The notes beneath the pieces were generated by a model, which saw nothing but the letters and a program-made list of their open reading frames with translations, was not told the DNA's origin and made no database searches. The position numbers were made by a program, and so were the translations under genes. From the IMG/VR virus record IMGVR_UViG_3300046059_000057, positions 1 through 51,430 of that record: 51,430 bases of DNA. One strand, 5' to 3'. Source of the stretch: a virus. Taxonomy: Duplodnaviria; Caudoviricetes. Below, piece by piece: positions 25,335 through 35,463 of the stretch; position 1 is the first letter of the stretch, and each line of letters begins with the position of its first letter.

Positions 25335-27340
25335 CAGTCGTCACCTTCCATCCGCTCATTAACCGACAACGCCGGCATCTTTGAGCCATCGGCTTCCTGA
25401 TTCGCCGAGACACCGCGGGTAGCACCGAAGTCCGGCGAAGGATTTGGGTTACTAACCTCGGTGGATAGCTTCTCAAGCACGGACACCGGTGAATCCATCA
25501 AAGTATCCCGGTCATCCGTACCGTAATCGTCCGAATTAGCGATTACCTCGTCGGCTAATTCACGTTTCTCCTCCGCTTTCTGGTTTGCAGCTAACGCTTC
25601 ATCGACCGCGTCATCAACAACCGAACTAACCGCTTCCTCAAATTCCTCCTCGGAATCAAAGGTTACTTCTGTCTCCGGCGACTCATCGGGTTCTTCGTCA
25701 CCTCCATCGTCGGATTCGTCGTTGTCTTCATCGTCCGGTTCTTCATCGTCCGCATTACCAGCGAACTCCTCGTGAATCCGGTCGAAGCACTCGGTGTCTT
25801 CATCCGGAAGATTCTCGGCGTTAAAGCCGATATCAACGAGTTCGCTCGTTCGTTCGCTCATGTTTGAATCCTTCGGTTTCTCGTTAGACCCGGATTCCGC
25901 CGGACCATCGTTAATTTCACCGTTCCAACCAAGCATCGTGAGGCCCCGCTCGATTAGCGTCTTAGCGTTCGATGAAAGGTCCCTATCGAATTCCGACTCA
26001 AGCAAGCCTGTAGCCGTACTTGCAGCGCTATCATACGCTTCATCGGATATATCGGCTTGGGAACCCCGACCGCTAATCACCGCCTCCAGCGCCCCCTCAT
26101 TCAAATCACCGGTGTTATGATTCACCACCGGGAAGAAATACAGGTCACGCCAATCATCGGCGTCAGCCTCGCCAAGCAACGTAAGTTCAGCAACCTCGGT
26201 CTTTTGTTCGGAGGTAAGCTCTCCGACGGAATCAGCGTTAATATCGAGAGCGTCGGTAACCGCCGTCAGCGTCTTAGAAACGTCGCTCCAAGACGTTGAC
26301 TCAACGCCCTCGTATTCCGGTGTTCGAGCGCTTCCCCGAACGTTAAAGGCTTCCGTCATCTTAGTACCCTCGCCCTGCCCAAACTCGGGACTAACGGGGT
26401 CATCGGTGGTATTAGCGTTTAATTCCTCGGACTTCCGTACCGCCCACTCGATACCGATATCGCCGCCCCACCCAAGCCAAGCAACATATCCGGCGTCAGT
26501 CCACGGTTTACCACGTTTATCATCGTCCAAATCACCGTTCTCCTGATGACGCTTGAATTGAGCCATCCGCTTAACCACGTCTTTCGACAACGTATCACCG
26601 GATGCGAGTTGATTAGCTCTACGCCATCCTACCTCCGTCATACCCTCAATTTCGTCCGGATACTCATCACGCCAATCGAGGACTTTTTGAGCGTTCTCTT
26701 GCGCCTGAACCGGCGGCGTTAAGTCGATGTCCTGATTCAGACTAACGGCGTTTAGCATCAAACCGACGTTGGAATTCGCAGATACAGCGTTTGGACCCGC
26801 CATACATCCGTCGGTTATCGAGCATCGACCTTCGCGATTCCGTAGTAAAGCCACATGGTCCGGCCGGAGATTCCCGACGACTCTATCACGTTCTTCGCCG
26901 TCGTAAACACCGGAGGGAAGCCTGATACCACCGTAAGCCGCTGATACACCGATCGTTCGGTTATTCGCCAGTTCTTCTTTTATTTCTTCGGCCTCTCCGC
27001 CGATTGACTCCGCTTTCTCTACGTTTATCCATACTTCTCCGAAGGTTTCAGCGGTACCGTTGGTCTTCGTTGTTGTATCATCGATAAACCCAAACGGCGT
27101 TTTATCGGCGGTAGGATTATTAATACTAACGAATTCGCCGGATTCGTCCTTAGGATGATCGGCGATTACCCGTGTACCCGGCCACTTCTCCGTCGCTTTT
27201 TCGATTTCACGTTCAGGAACGTAACCTAAGTGTAAATCCATCGACTTGATGAACGTGACCGGCGCCACGAGATACTCTGTACCACCGGTTTCTTCGGTTC
27301 TAACTTCCCCGGTCGAAGAAGCATTGATGAATGTTTCCAT
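25334..27340 (-). CDS. Prohead protease (DUF2213-like) / scaffold fusion
   Basis: DHP, GVSAAY and PDHVALL...GRC motifs; acidic scaffold-like C-terminus; start at METFINAS. Confidence 0.8.
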   Translation of the reverse strand: METFINASSTGEVRTEETGGTEYLVAPVTFIKSMDLHLGYVPEREIEKATEKWPGTRVIADHPKDESGEFVSINNPTADKTPFGFIDDTTTKTNGTAETFGEVWINVEKAESIGGEAEEIKEELANNRTIGVSAAYGGIRLPSGVYDGEERDRVVGNLRPDHVALLRNREGRCSITDGCMAGPNAVSANSNVGLMLNAVSLNQDIDLTPPVQAQENAQKVLDWRDEYPDEIEGMTEVGWRRANQLASGDTLSKDVVKRMAQFKRHQENGDLDDDKRGKPWTDAGYVAWLGWGGDIGIEWAVRKSEELNANTTDDPVSPEFGQGEGTKMTEAFNVRGSARTPEYEGVESTSWSDVSKTLTAVTDALDINADSVGELTSEQKTEVAELTLLGEADADDWRDLYFFPVVNHNTGDLNEGALEAVISGRGSQADISDEAYDSAASTATGLLESEFDRDLSSNAKTLIERGLTMLGWNGEINDGPAESGSNEKPKDSNMSERTSELVDIGFNAENLPDEDTECFDRIHEEFAGNADDEEPDDEDNDESDDGGDEEPDESPETEVTFDSEEEFEEAVSSVVDDAVDEALAANQKAEEKRELADEVIANSDDYGTDDRDTLMDSPVSVLEKLSTEVSNPNPSPDFGATRGVSANQEADGSKMPALSVNERMEGDD

Positions 27341-27347
27341 CGTACTT

Positions 27348-27620
27348 TCAACCTCCGTTAACCACCGACCACGCTTCCTTAACCGCCGGGCCAAATACAT
27401 ATATGAGCGCGGCGATGAAAGCACCGGAATCAATGAACCACCACGCTTGAGGTACCGTTTCTAAAGCAACGTAAGGAGTCGTAGAGAGCGATACTAACGT
27501 GATATAGTGTCCGATGATAAGTAAAGAAGCGACGGTGGAAAGCCACTCCGCACGGAACTTCGAGTATTCAGTCATGTAGTCGTCTGGCTCTTCGTGTTTC
27601 GGTTTACCGTCGTTAGCCAT
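27348..27620 (-). CDS. Two-TM membrane protein
   Basis: Two hydrophobic helices; start at MANDGK. Confidence 0.6.
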   Translation of the reverse strand: MANDGKPKHEEPDDYMTEYSKFRAEWLSTVASLLIIGHYITLVSLSTTPYVALETVPQAWWFIDSGAFIAALIYVFGPAVKEAWSVVNGG

Positions 27621-27622
27621 AT

Positions 27623-28471
27623 TTATACCACCGGGATTAAAGCGCACCGGCAATTCGGATGAGCAGGTGGTCTAACCGGATACTCTCGATCTTCGAACGT
27701 AAACGACCCAGACCGCGCTTTCTGAACCGTAAACGTTCGTCCTTCGAGAGCCCGACAAATCGGGCACACCCTCGAATCACCGGCGGTTGTCCATTCAGCT
27801 TGAACGGTGACTTCGTCAACACCAAACCTCTCGAAGCGGTTCAACGTACCCTCTGAATGCGCCCTAATCACCTCGGTACGAGCCAAAGTCTCCGATCTCC
27901 GTTTCCCGATATCATTAACGGAATCCGTGATACTACGGGCTATCTTCGTCGGGTTTTCGCCCCGTTGGAAACCGTCGGCTAACTCCCGGCTGATACGTTG
28001 ATTCATCGTTTCAGTAATCCCATTCAATTCTTCGAAATTCCGCGTATAGAGAAACTGAACGGCTTCTTGATGAACTGGTATATTGAATATATTAGATACG
28101 TTTTCTTTAGGTACATCGACCCCTTCGGCTCTTAGGGCTTCATCGGCGTGTTCAACGCCACGCTCATAACTGCTACGAATGAACGTATTATCGTTTCTTG
28201 TAACGATTTCTAATAAACCGTTCTGTTCTTGTTTTCTTAACCACCGGAGGAACGCCTCGTTTTTCTGGTCATCACGCGGAAACGCGAAAACATTCGGGGG
28301 AACCGGGTCAGACTGATTAATCGAAAAAACGTCGTCTTGTATAATTGATTCACGAATAACGGCGTTTAAACGTCCAAGCCAACCCCGGAGTCTCTGGGCG
28401 TAGCGTTTACGGATGACCGTCGTTTGAGTGGGGTCACGATTGCTTTTAGCATTAACCGCTGAAACACTCAT
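27623..28471 (-). CDS. Minor head protein (MuF / SPP1 gp7 family)
   Basis: LARTEVIRAH, DSRVCPIC and PPAHPNCRC motifs. Confidence 0.9.
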   Translation of the reverse strand: MSVSAVNAKSNRDPTQTTVIRKRYAQRLRGWLGRLNAVIRESIIQDDVFSINQSDPVPPNVFAFPRDDQKNEAFLRWLRKQEQNGLLEIVTRNDNTFIRSSYERGVEHADEALRAEGVDVPKENVSNIFNIPVHQEAVQFLYTRNFEELNGITETMNQRISRELADGFQRGENPTKIARSITDSVNDIGKRRSETLARTEVIRAHSEGTLNRFERFGVDEVTVQAEWTTAGDSRVCPICRALEGRTFTVQKARSGSFTFEDREYPVRPPAHPNCRCALIPVV

Positions 28472-29910
28472 GTTTCATCCCCGAAAGATTCGTTAAACTG
28501 TCGTTGTACCTCCGAATCAGCTTCGTCCAAGGATGGCTCCGTAGAACCGCCGAAGTCAGGTTTTTCACCGGTTTTAACGTAAGACATGATTTCGTTGAAG
28601 CTCCCGAGTAAATCCGTGTTACCCTTCGGCGCTATTTGGGCGATTACCTCCGCTCTATTAGCCTCAACTTCCGATTGTTCGAGTTCATTCAATTCAAACA
28701 AATTCGGCCACTCGACGGTATAAACGCCATCCATCGGCTCCGATAGAACTTCAAATTCGATTAACCGGTCGATGAATGGTCTAACGATCGCGGGTTCAAC
28801 GAATTGATTCCGTCGGGTTTCAACCTTACCAAACCATGTAGCCCGGTCTTGCGTTGACGCTAACTCCCCTCTTTCCGAACCCGTTAAAATCCGCTTCGGT
28901 ATGCCTTTAGTACCCGAAATCGCAGACAGGATGACATCGTGAACACCGGAGGGATCGACCTCTTCGCCGGATATGACTTCTACGTCGGTATTAAACGTTT
29001 TAATGTAGTTCTGCATATTATGGACGAGCTTCTGTACCTCTTCGTCCAATTTCGTGAGTTCATCCTGCGGTACATCGGAGGCATTATCGGCGTCAACGTT
29101 GAATTGATACCGCGGTGAAGCCCCCGTCCAAAATATCTCTGCTGACGAACCAACGGTTTTCTCCAAGTCAATTAACCGGTTATAGACGTCTTTTAACCGC
29201 GGGGTGCCAATCAGGTCAGATTCGTCTCTACCGTCGGATGGGACGTGGAGAACGCGACTCCAATGAACGGGTTCTAAGTCTCGATCACCGGAATCCCCGA
29301 AGTTCAAGTGGTACTCCACCGGCTTATTGTATCTCGGATGAGACGTAGGTAGACCTTCGTTCTTGCCGAGTTCCCAGCCTTCGATTGAGTCTTGAGCGAA
29401 CGGTTCAAAGTGGCTAACTGCCTTCGTTACGTCGGTTGGTAGTGACGATACATCGATGGCTTCACCGGTGGAACCGTCATCGGTGAATCCGATGAATAGA
29501 ACAGCGTATTGGCCGATGCCCGCAATAGTATCCGTTCTACGAAGGTAATGCCACGGTTTCACCGCTTGTCTGAACCGTTCGAACTCCCGCTCAAACGTAC
29601 TTTCGTCAGATTCCGGTGAATCCGTTACGCGTGGTGCCTCCGTCCACGAATCTTCGGCGGGTAACTCAACGATTCGTTTACCGATATTCCGTTCGTACTT
29701 CGCTCTGTAATCCGTTATCCGTATCTCCTCCGGGTAACCAAGTACGTCGTATATGTCTCTATCCCCGTCATACTGTCGTCCTAAGCTACCGAGGTAGTCC
29801 GTACGTATGCCGGTTCTGGTTCCTGCCTGAACGCTGTTAAGCGCAAGTCGAGTAGCTTCAGCGAACGTTCCCTCATCGTATTCTTCGCCGTTCCAAGTAA
29901 CCGTGCTCAT
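28468..29910 (-). CDS. Portal protein (DUF1073-like)
   Basis: VHWSRVLH and GIPKRILTGSERGELASTQD motifs; synteny. Confidence 0.85.
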   Translation of the reverse strand: MSTVTWNGEEYDEGTFAEATRLALNSVQAGTRTGIRTDYLGSLGRQYDGDRDIYDVLGYPEEIRITDYRAKYERNIGKRIVELPAEDSWTEAPRVTDSPESDESTFEREFERFRQAVKPWHYLRRTDTIAGIGQYAVLFIGFTDDGSTGEAIDVSSLPTDVTKAVSHFEPFAQDSIEGWELGKNEGLPTSHPRYNKPVEYHLNFGDSGDRDLEPVHWSRVLHVPSDGRDESDLIGTPRLKDVYNRLIDLEKTVGSSAEIFWTGASPRYQFNVDADNASDVPQDELTKLDEEVQKLVHNMQNYIKTFNTDVEVISGEEVDPSGVHDVILSAISGTKGIPKRILTGSERGELASTQDRATWFGKVETRRNQFVEPAIVRPFIDRLIEFEVLSEPMDGVYTVEWPNLFELNELEQSEVEANRAEVIAQIAPKGNTDLLGSFNEIMSYVKTGEKPDFGGSTEPSLDEADSEVQRQFNESFGDET

Positions 29911-29912
29911 GG

Positions 29913-31193
29913 TTATACACCTCCGGCTTTCAGATTAAACGCTTCCAGCGTTAAATCCGTCGTTCCACCGGTGTTTTCAAGCGCCACCGAAAACTCATCA
30001 CCGGCAGTAACCGACGGTATAATCGTTGTAACGTCGGTAGTATCCGGTTCATTAGCCCCCGAAATCGTGCTCTCGACCTTCGATCGGTCAAGCGTGCTAC
30101 CATTCAGTTTAACGGCGATCGTGTACGTCGTATTTGACTCCGATACAGATACTGTAGCGTCGATTTCGATGTTACCATCGAAGAATGCGTTGTATTTAAT
30201 CACTCCCGGCGACGGGTTTGAAATCCGTTCACCTAAGTTTAGAGTGTACGTTCCATCGGTTATTGTGACTTCACCGGAACCGGAACCGGTTACCGTTGGT
30301 GTTGTGCCATCTTCAACGAGTTCACCGGCGACTTGACTATCCGCGATTGGAAGGCTGTTACTAACGAAAGCACCGGGCTCATTGCGTCGTGCTTGCCCGG
30401 ATAAAATGTTGGATTTCGTAACGGTGTTATCGTGATCGACGTTTTGATACTTCACGTACTCGTTAACCGTAGCATTAGAGTCGATGTCGAGTACCTTTGT
30501 GTCCGATTGAACGTTTTTCACATAACAACCGTCCACTTTGAATATCTGAACGTCTAAATCGGCGTCTCCATGAATGCACGTTACACCGGTACCGACGTTC
30601 CGTAGTGGGCACGTTTGGAAGAATACTTTATCGGGGTTCCCAGTAACCGTAATCCCGGAGTTAAAGTGCTCGAAGTTAACGGATTTAAATGAAACGACTT
30701 TGTAACCGTCTATAGTACCTAAATCGGCGATATCACCAAACAAATTATCCGGGTCAAAAAACGCTGTATCCGTTACATAGAACCTCGTTGAGTTATCCGC
30801 TGAAAGGTCAAAGAGCGTCCCACCCGGTGCGTGACCGTAGAAATTATCAGCGTAAAAACCGGCGTCTGACGCCTGAAAAGCGGTACCACCGCCGGTGTGA
30901 ATGTATCCACCAGCGGAACCATGAATCCCAACTAAGGGTACGCCATTCGGGTCTAACGTTGCGTCATCGGAAATGAACCGTGTGAAGAAATAAGCCCTCG
31001 CAGAACCGTCCAATTTACGTACGCCGGATTCCGGCTCTGGGAGGTCAGTAACGTCGTTAACCCATTGAACACCGTTCAACCGGCCTTTATCAAACTCAAA
31101 CGTACGGCCCGTTGGCACGTGCTCAAACGCGATTTTCTCGCCGGAAGAAGGGTCAGTACGGAGGTTATACTCACCCAACGTTAAATCCTTCAT
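29913..31193 (-). CDS. Beta-rich putative virion/carbohydrate-binding protein inserted between terminase and portal
   Basis: Beta-helix-like centre and jelly-roll-like C-terminus; start at MKDLTL. Confidence 0.55.
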   Translation of the reverse strand: MKDLTLGEYNLRTDPSSGEKIAFEHVPTGRTFEFDKGRLNGVQWVNDVTDLPEPESGVRKLDGSARAYFFTRFISDDATLDPNGVPLVGIHGSAGGYIHTGGGTAFQASDAGFYADNFYGHAPGGTLFDLSADNSTRFYVTDTAFFDPDNLFGDIADLGTIDGYKVVSFKSVNFEHFNSGITVTGNPDKVFFQTCPLRNVGTGVTCIHGDADLDVQIFKVDGCYVKNVQSDTKVLDIDSNATVNEYVKYQNVDHDNTVTKSNILSGQARRNEPGAFVSNSLPIADSQVAGELVEDGTTPTVTGSGSGEVTITDGTYTLNLGERISNPSPGVIKYNAFFDGNIEIDATVSVSESNTTYTIAVKLNGSTLDRSKVESTISGANEPDTTDVTTIIPSVTAGDEFSVALENTGGTTDLTLEAFNLKAGGV

Positions 31194-31197
31194 TTTC

Positions 31198-32784
31198 TCA
31201 CCATACAAGCCTCGTTCGACCGGTCTTCGACTCCGCCTTAGCCGCCCAAACTGCCATGTATGCGGCGTCAAGTAAATCCGGCGATCGGCCTAATTGTGAC
31301 CTAATACTATCCTTAGACGTAGCTTTCAAAACCTCGCCGTCCCGACTGCTATAGTATTTCTCCTCGAACTCAACGCATCGGCCAGCCGCGAGTAACTCCT
31401 CTCTAAGACGTTCATTCGTGAAGATACCTCCTTCGTCGAAAAACCGGCCTAAATGGAACAATCCTTCCGCCCATTTGTCGTAATACTGGCTTTCAACCAA
31501 CGGTTTAGAGCCAGCGGAGAACCTTACGGTTTCCGGATAAAAGGTACGTATCCTATCCGCTAAACCGGAACCCTCACCTTGAGCGTCAACAGCGAAATCC
31601 GGTGTGATATTCAAACCGTCGGTATGCGCACGTACCAACGTCTCATTTCGGTTATGATCGACGCCCTGCCACCGATCCAGAACAACGATCTCACCGTCGA
31701 AGACACCGGCTAAAGCGTTCCAATCCCCGCCAGCTCTCGCCACGTCAAGGCCTAAACCGTCGGGGGCAATATTATCGGTGTCTCCACCGGGCACCCGTTG
31801 TACGTACGATTCCTCGACATCTGCGATGGTGAAAGGCCTGTACGCCCCCGCGGACTCCGGTGGTATAACTCCGGCGCGTCGTCGGTACCACCGTTCGTCT
31901 AAATCATCCCGTTCAACGTGAGCGTACTCCGCTTTCTCAACACCCGGTGTTAACACATGAACGGCCTTTTCACGTGGGATTTCACCGGCGGTTATCCGTC
32001 GTTCAACCTCCGCCATACCCGGCCAATCTTTCGGAGTCTCCGGCCACGGCTCCCCGTTCCAGCTTTCATAATCGGAGGCGATTGTCACGAGGTCGGTTAA
32101 ACCGGGGATTCTATCGCTCTTTTCACCGATATCGACGAGCACGTTGTGTGACTCAAACGTCGAAAATTGAATCACGTGCCATCTCTCCGAACGCATCTTC
32201 TCGTACACGACGTTGCCTTCGTCTCTCGGCGGATTAGCGATAGCGATAACCCGATCGTTCTCATCAGTCACCGACGAATTGGCAGAATCGAAGTGTTCGG
32301 TGGTAATATACCGTTTATCCGCTTCTTCGATGACGATCAGAACATGGTCGTCATGCCGACCCTCTAAGTCACCGGGGTCCCGAGGGCTAACCGCTTTAGC
32401 GTACCAGTCATCGTCAATCTCAAGTCGTGGTGGATTCCCTCGACGGAGCTGACCCGGTAGTACAGCGTTTTTCTTCGCATTCCTAAACGTTTTTCTAAGT
32501 GGTCGCCACATCGTATCACGGAACTGCGAATAACTTCCAGAAGTGCCGAGAACCGTGCTATCCAAGTTAGTCAGTACGAAAGCCAGAATCAAGTTAGCAA
32601 CGGCATACGATTTCCCGACGCCATTACCGGAGACAACGAGGGTTCGTTGATTGTTTGTTACGGCGGAAATTATGCGTTCTTGGGTTCCAGAAAGCCGGGT
32701 ATCAAGCACTTCGTCAATAAAACGAATATACCGATCCTCACCCGTTGAGAAATCGGAAGGCCGATACTGAACGTCTTGACTCAT
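31198..32784 (-). CDS. terL: Terminase large subunit
   Basis: Walker A SGNGVGKS, Walker B VIEEAD, nuclease GLDVARAGGD and SPDLLDA. Confidence 0.92.
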   Translation of the reverse strand: MSQDVQYRPSDFSTGEDRYIRFIDEVLDTRLSGTQERIISAVTNNQRTLVVSGNGVGKSYAVANLILAFVLTNLDSTVLGTSGSYSQFRDTMWRPLRKTFRNAKKNAVLPGQLRRGNPPRLEIDDDWYAKAVSPRDPGDLEGRHDDHVLIVIEEADKRYITTEHFDSANSSVTDENDRVIAIANPPRDEGNVVYEKMRSERWHVIQFSTFESHNVLVDIGEKSDRIPGLTDLVTIASDYESWNGEPWPETPKDWPGMAEVERRITAGEIPREKAVHVLTPGVEKAEYAHVERDDLDERWYRRRAGVIPPESAGAYRPFTIADVEESYVQRVPGGDTDNIAPDGLGLDVARAGGDWNALAGVFDGEIVVLDRWQGVDHNRNETLVRAHTDGLNITPDFAVDAQGEGSGLADRIRTFYPETVRFSAGSKPLVESQYYDKWAEGLFHLGRFFDEGGIFTNERLREELLAAGRCVEFEEKYYSSRDGEVLKATSKDSIRSQLGRSPDLLDAAYMAVWAAKAESKTGRTRLVW

Positions 32785-32787
32785 GTA

Positions 32788-33129
32788 TCAAGTCCCCTCG
32801 GTCGTAGAGCGGTTGAACCGACGGTTAATGCCGAAGGATACTTCCGTCCGCTCAACCGTCGGATTAGGAACGGCCGGGATTGGATTCTGGTACGTTCGAC
32901 CCCTACCCCCGACGCCGGTGGAATGCCCCTCCGGTCGTATCGTCTGATTTACGGTTGAACCACCGGTCAACCGGTACTGATTAACGTTCTTCGGTGAATC
33001 CGTGGAGCCTTGAGCAGAACCGCCACCGGTGTTATTGTTCCGCCACCGAAATTCCGTACTTATGAACATCGCGATAACAACGACTGTAACCCTTATCGAA
33101 CGTACAAGAGTCGTGAGTGAATTACTCAT
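32788..33129 (-). CDS. Hypothetical protein with an N-terminal hydrophobic segment
   Basis: ORF fills the gap before terL. Confidence 0.45.
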   Translation of the reverse strand: MSNSLTTLVRSIRVTVVVIAMFISTEFRWRNNNTGGGSAQGSTDSPKNVNQYRLTGGSTVNQTIRPEGHSTGVGGRGRTYQNPIPAVPNPTVERTEVSFGINRRFNRSTTEGT

Positions 33130-33394
33130 ACCAACGGATTACCCAACCACCGGTTATCCAAGTAACGGTAAACCGTAAATAAAACAGGTCTACGGAAGTA
33201 AAACCGGCGCCGTAGAACATAATGGTGTTCTCTGTGAAACGCCGACGTCCCGTCGTCGCGCGTCACCGATCGTCGGTCCCCCGACGGTTTTACGTGTACG
33301 TTTCCCGTCGGTATTCCGACGGTTCGTCTGGTAGCTTGGCATGACGCACGTGCCACCGGTTACTCGGTAACTCTGAACCACCGCTTAACCGTGG

Positions 33395-34066
33395 TCAATC
33401 TTCTACCAAGTCCTGTCGCCAGACCGCTAACGCGTCCAATTGAGCATCCGTTTCTTTGGTAGCACCAATATCCCGGAGTATCCGCACGAGGTCCTTGTTA
33501 TACTGCCGGATGTGTGTTAACATCCGGTTTTCGACTTCAAACGTGCCATCCGGTGTACGGACCCGCTCGATTAAACCCTCTGTAGCGAAGTGCTCGGAGG
33601 CTTGCACGGATATGTAGAGCATTACCGCCACCCGCCGTGCTAAGATTCTATCCACGTAATCAACGCCACCGGTGTTTTCGCGGATTCTCTCAAGCACCGA
33701 ACGGCTCGCCGTTAGCACGAAGTCACGGGCCTCCGGTTCAAGGTCTTCGTGCATCCGGCTTGGGTCCGCCGAAAGACCGTAATCTTGAGCGTTAGACCGT
33801 GTCACCTTCAAACCGGCTTCCGTTGGACCCGGGTTATTACCCCCGCAGCCCTCACAGCGTCCTTCGCCCGGGTGGTCAGTACCCTTACCCGCCGGTTCCT
33901 CGCAATATCCCCAAAACAATCCAGTCTCGCTCGATCGTTTTGCGTTACAATACTTCCCCGGCGGTTTCTGCGGGACCTCGGGACACGGTGTACCGTACTG
34001 GGGATCGGAGTCCGTTCGGTACCCAGACCGGTCGTTCAGCGCCTCAGCGCATTCATTATCGCTCAT
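33395..34066 (-). CDS. Terminase small subunit-like protein
   Basis: Upstream of terL; C...GTDHPGEGRC..CGG (HGGxSTG-like) N-terminal motif; helical C-terminus. Confidence 0.65.
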   Translation of the reverse strand: MSDNECAEALNDRSGYRTDSDPQYGTPCPEVPQKPPGKYCNAKRSSETGLFWGYCEEPAGKGTDHPGEGRCEGCGGNNPGPTEAGLKVTRSNAQDYGLSADPSRMHEDLEPEARDFVLTASRSVLERIRENTGGVDYVDRILARRVAVMLYISVQASEHFATEGLIERVRTPDGTFEVENRMLTHIRQYNKDLVRILRDIGATKETDAQLDALAVWRQDLVED

Positions 34067-34070
34067 TCGT

Positions 34071-34559
34071 TCATCCTTCCGTTATACCGTCGGCTAAGCC
34101 GTTCGTTGTTTCAAGAGCTTCTTGCGTCGCTTCCTCGAACAATCGATCGTCGGCAAATTGCTTCGATGGATCGGTTTTCAACGTTTCCAATTCACCGATA
34201 AACGCTTCTTGGTCGATTTCCACACCGAATTCCACGTACCGTTCGTACAGATTCCCAGCGTACGAAAAGAACAACTTTTTGGGTAACGGTCGGAGTTGTT
34301 CACCCGACGGATAACCGCAGGCACAGTAGTTACGTAAACCCTGTGAAGCAACGTCTTCTGGCACGGATACCCGATTCGCACGAACTGGATATGAACGATC
34401 CGGTAAATCGACTTTCCGATGCCATGTCTCCCACTCGAATTCATCGACCTTATACGTGTCTACGGCGTAGTTACGTTCGAACGAGTGATGCGTACGTCTG
34501 AAACAATTACCGCAGATATCGGCGTTTGATTGAACCGTTCGGAAGAGCATGGCTATCAT
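34071..34559 (-). CDS. Hypothetical zinc-binding protein
   Basis: CGNC and CACG motifs. Confidence 0.7.
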   Translation of the reverse strand: MIAMLFRTVQSNADICGNCFRRTHHSFERNYAVDTYKVDEFEWETWHRKVDLPDRSYPVRANRVSVPEDVASQGLRNYCACGYPSGEQLRPLPKKLFFSYAGNLYERYVEFGVEIDQEAFIGELETLKTDPSKQFADDRLFEEATQEALETTNGLADGITEG

Positions 34560-34635
34560 CGTCCAGCCGCCGGCTGGTGTGGAAACAGCTCCGGTTTATC
34601 GGTACCGGAGGTTATGCCATCGTAAAACTGCGATC

Positions 34636-34650
34636 ATATTAAAGTTTACC
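34636..34650 (-). promoter_or_regulatory. Archaeal BRE/TATA-like promoter for the packaging operon
   Basis: Minus-strand GGTAAACTTTAATAT, similar to the histone promoter. Confidence 0.45.
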
Positions 34651-34702
34651 CGAATACCGTCTAACAGCCGCTCAACCGTACGAAAAACGAAAACGTGGAA
34701 CC

Positions 34703-34876
34703 TTACAAATCGCGGGCTTGAATAGTCACTCGACCGTTTGCTTCCGCTCGCTCACCCGCTCGTGCGAGTTCCTCTTTCACGAGCTCGTCGAGTTCTTGAT
34801 AAATCCCTTTACCGACTTGATAGTCGTCCGGAACGAAGTCGTGCACCTTGGTTTTAACGATTAGCACATCGCTCAT
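34703..34876 (-). CDS. Histone-fold protein (57 aa)
   Basis: MSDVLIVKTKVHDFVPDDYQVGKGIYQELDELVKEELARAGERAEANGRVTIQARDL; C-terminal A..NGR.TI..RDL histone signature; AGGAG SD; below the ORF-track cutoff. Confidence 0.8.
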   Translation of the reverse strand: MSDVLIVKTKVHDFVPDDYQVGKGIYQELDELVKEELARAGERAEANGRVTIQARDL

Positions 34877-34925
34877 GTGTTACTCCTGCTGTCGGTTGAC
34901 AGCGGGTTTACGTTGAACGGCGGTA

Positions 34926-34940
34926 TATATAAACTTTACC
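34926..34940 (-). promoter_or_regulatory. BRE/TATA promoter of the histone gene
   Basis: Minus-strand GGTAAAGTTTATATA about 50 nt upstream of the ATG. Confidence 0.65.
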
Positions 34941-35061
34941 GTATGTAACGAACGTTCGTCCGAAGACACGAAAAACCGTCAGCCCCGGTTACAGGATACA
35001 AGTGTGCCCTCCGGTTCTTTAACGGTTGAGCTTTTGAACCGACGGGTTCCGATAGATCGAT

Positions 35062-35216
35062 GGTTCTAAATCTGTAAGTACGATGAACGGCGGAGGGGAC
35101 GTCCTCCCGATTATTAGTTTCCCCCGACGGTTGAACGGTTCTATTAACGGTAGTCCGTATTTTTCGTGGGTACCGAAGGCTCTAAGTCTATAAGTACGGT
35201 AAACGGCGAAGGGTAC
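35062..35216. repeat. Imperfect 39-bp direct repeat pair
   Basis: 35062-35100 vs 35178-35216, 32/39 identical. Confidence 0.75.
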
Positions 35217-35463
35217 TGGAAACCTGTTGTTACCGTAGTAAGGTATTAGGGGTGTTTCCCGGTTGACACCGTCGTCCGGCGTTCTATCGACGAAATTGAC
35301 GTCGAGATACGTTTATTGGTGATGCGTCACCCGGTGATCGCTAACCCGGAGACCGCGAAAATCGATGTCGGGTTTCAATCAAAATCCAGTACCCCCGACG
35401 GTACAGGCGCTCTACGACCGAGGGGACGTCCCTTCCTGAATACTTATAGCTCGAGGGCGCTGC

